Below, one piece after another: positions 45,700 to 47,586 of a DNA stretch of 47,586 nt; the stretch's first letter is position 1, and every line of letters starts with the position of its first letter. The DNA is from an uncultured Gammaproteobacteria bacterium (lineage in GTDB: Bacteria > Patescibacteriota > Microgenomatia > UBA10105 > UBA927). The stretch is taken from contig CAZPNL010000003.1 of assembly GCA_964588145.1 (NCBI GenBank), positions 1 through 47,586 of the forward strand, given 5' to 3'. Made by a program: the position numbers and the translations under genes. The notes beneath the pieces are model-generated. The model searched no databases, was not told the origin of the DNA, and saw nothing but the letters and a program-made list of their open reading frames with translations.

Positions 45700-47415
45700 A
45701 TGAAAAAATGCATCCTGCTTATCTTATGCATATTGTTTATTTTTCCCACTAATTGCATTGCCCTCTACGACCCACTTTCACGAGAGAACAATAAATACGG
45801 CATACATCTGGCTGACCCAAACGATATTGACGACGCTGCTGATCTCGTAAATAGTAGTGGTGGTAGCTGGGGATATGTAACAATCGTCATCCCCGAAACA
45901 GATCGTAATACAGAAAAATGGCAAGAACGATTTAATCTCCTCAGAAGAAAAAAATTGATTCCTCTTGTACGATTAGCAGGTGAAGCCAGAGGACCGCTGT
46001 GGATGCCTCCTTCTGATACGAGCATCAGAGACTGGGTAACTTTTCTAGATAGTCTCAACTGGCCAACAGAAAATAGATACGTCATACTTTTCAACGAGCC
46101 TAATCATGCGAAAGAATGGGGAGGGATACTTGATCCCGAAGGATATGCAAATATCTTTGTGCAACTGGCAACAAAGTTAAAAGAACGTAGTGAGGATTTT
46201 TACATACTTCCCGCAGGGTTAGATATGTCTGCCATATCAGATGGCGCGAGCCTGGAGGGTTCAGAATATCTGCGTAGGATGATTAGATACAAACCTGAAA
46301 TAGTAAAACTCATGGATGGTTGGAATTCGCATAGCTATCCAAACCCAGCCTTTTCTGGCTCTCCCATAGCCCGAGGGAAGGGTACAATTGCAAGTTTTCA
46401 GTGGGAATTAGATTACCTGAGACAATTAGGTCTTCAAAAAAATCCATTTCCAGTTTTCATCACAGAAACTGGATGGGTCACGACGGGAGGGAAAAACTTT
46501 ATCCCTGGCTACTATACGAGCGATATGGTAGGCACGTTTCTCACACAGTTATCAAATGGACTCTGGCAAGATAATCGGATCGTAGCTATTACTCCCTTTG
46601 TCTATTCCTACCAAGATGTACCATTTGATCACTTTTCATGGATCAAATTTGGCTCACGGGAGCTATATCCACACGCACTTATATATCAAAGCCTGCCTAA
46701 AGTAAACGCAAAACCAAAGATACGACATTCATATCAACTTTTAGATACACTAATACCTGACAAACTTGTAGTTGATTCAACCTATACTCTGTCAGGACGA
46801 GTAAAAAATACAGGTCAAGCCATCTTATCGAGTAGATCAGGCTATCAACTCGCACTTTCGAGTCAAAATGGTGAAATAAGCTATATCGCAGAGTCTGTAC
46901 CTGATATGGAGCCAGGGTCAGAAGGCGTATTTGTATATCACATCAAAACTCCGCAAAAAGTAGGTCAACAGGAAATCATTGCTTCTCTCGTCGGTGGAGG
47001 AGAAGAACTTGTGTTAACCAAAAAAACAGTATCTGTGGTGCCCCCACCATCACTGACAATTAAAGTTCAATTGGGATTTCGTGCCACTTCAAAGGCATCA
47101 GATGTGAGTGTCATCGTCTATGATGGGGATGCAATCGTACATAAATTCGAAGGCCTAGAGGTCAATTCTGGAATGCTTTACGTCACTGGTCTGACAAACG
47201 TCGTACCTGGGAAAATATACAGAGTCGTAGCTCTTGTACCATACTACCTCCCAAGACAAGAATTTGTCACTATAGCCCCTGAAAATACCCAGATCACGCT
47301 TAAAAGGTTCTGGCCATTTGACTACAATCGCAATGGCAAAGCTGAAATTGGAGATTTTGTGAGCGCTATGCAGCTTCCACCACGCAATGTCGTTGGTCTT
47401 TTTACCAGTAAATAA
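45700..47415 (+). CDS. Exported glycoside-hydrolase-like (clan GH-A) protein with C-terminal Ig-like and dockerin/EF-hand-like motif
   Basis: Signal peptide; LFNEPNH and FITETGW spaced like GH-A catalytic glutamates; DYNRNGKAEIGDF near the C-terminus. Confidence 0.7.
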   Translation: MKKCILLILCILFIFPTNCIALYDPLSRENNKYGIHLADPNDIDDAADLVNSSGGSWGYVTIVIPETDRNTEKWQERFNLLRRKKLIPLVRLAGEARGPLWMPPSDTSIRDWVTFLDSLNWPTENRYVILFNEPNHAKEWGGILDPEGYANIFVQLATKLKERSEDFYILPAGLDMSAISDGASLEGSEYLRRMIRYKPEIVKLMDGWNSHSYPNPAFSGSPIARGKGTIASFQWELDYLRQLGLQKNPFPVFITETGWVTTGGKNFIPGYYTSDMVGTFLTQLSNGLWQDNRIVAITPFVYSYQDVPFDHFSWIKFGSRELYPHALIYQSLPKVNAKPKIRHSYQLLDTLIPDKLVVDSTYTLSGRVKNTGQAILSSRSGYQLALSSQNGEISYIAESVPDMEPGSEGVFVYHIKTPQKVGQQEIIASLVGGGEELVLTKKTVSVVPPPSLTIKVQLGFRATSKASDVSVIVYDGDAIVHKFEGLEVNSGMLYVTGLTNVVPGKIYRVVALVPYYLPRQEFVTIAPENTQITLKRFWPFDYNRNGKAEIGDFVSAMQLPPRNVVGLFTSK

Positions 47416-47474
47416 GTCTTTTTAGCCTCACGCCCTGGGAAAGAAGCCCTAAATACGCTATAATAAATACTCAT

Positions 47475-47550
47475 GGTGGCTGTAGTTCAGCGGTAGAGCG
47501 CCTGTTTGTGGAGCAGGATGTCGCGGGTTCGAATCCCGTCAGCCACCCCA
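47475..47550 (+). tRNA. tRNA-His(GTG)
   Basis: Encoded G-1, GTGGCTG/CAGCCAC, C73, CCTGT-TTGTGGA-GCAGG, encoded CCA. Confidence 0.95.
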
Positions 47551-47552
47551 AG

Positions 47553-47586
47553 AGAAAATCACAAATTCCAAATAACAAATCCCAAA
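47553..47586. repeat. Heptamer-type tandem array (AAATYMC) at window edge
   Basis: AAATCAC AAATTCC AAATAAC AAATCCC AAA. Confidence 0.7.

Overview
A 47.6 kb bacterial chromosomal segment in standard genetic code. Its gene content suggests a Patescibacteria/CPR (Microgenomates-like) genome; this is inferred, not proven. Left arm: partial rsmI, a DedA/VTT protein, lexA divergent from uvrB-uvrA-transglutaminase-uvrC-yvlD-yvcK-secG-ABC substrate-binding protein. Centre: tRNA-Leu x2, an interrupted four-helix-bundle gene and a large cell-surface glycosylation region with a very AT-rich core (GT4 x3, GT2, several GT-C-like membrane proteins). A compact retron follows, inserted between tRNA-Phe and tRNA-Gly with no adjacent effector gene. 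It has an msr-msd-like ncRNA with 11-bp terminal inverted repeats and a 298-aa RT. Right arm: ApbE with an FMN-binding protein, SatP, GreA, an aquaporin, an acetate-CoA ligase/GNAT fusion, HDAC, NUDIX, a Ddl-like ATP-grasp protein, an HNH gene overlapping tRNA-Leu, a polyprenyl synthetase and a GH-like exported protein. Eleven intact tRNA genes were found. Two signals stand out. The first is the effector-less retron with non-canonical RT motifs. The second is a window-wide pattern in which 7 of the 11 tRNA genes have adjacent 'shadow' half-copies with short hairpins inserted into the D- or T-loop region. In two cases (Gln, Arg) an intact tRNA is nested inside the split halves of another tRNA. 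A family of CYTG-headed mini-palindromes also inserts into other hairpins.
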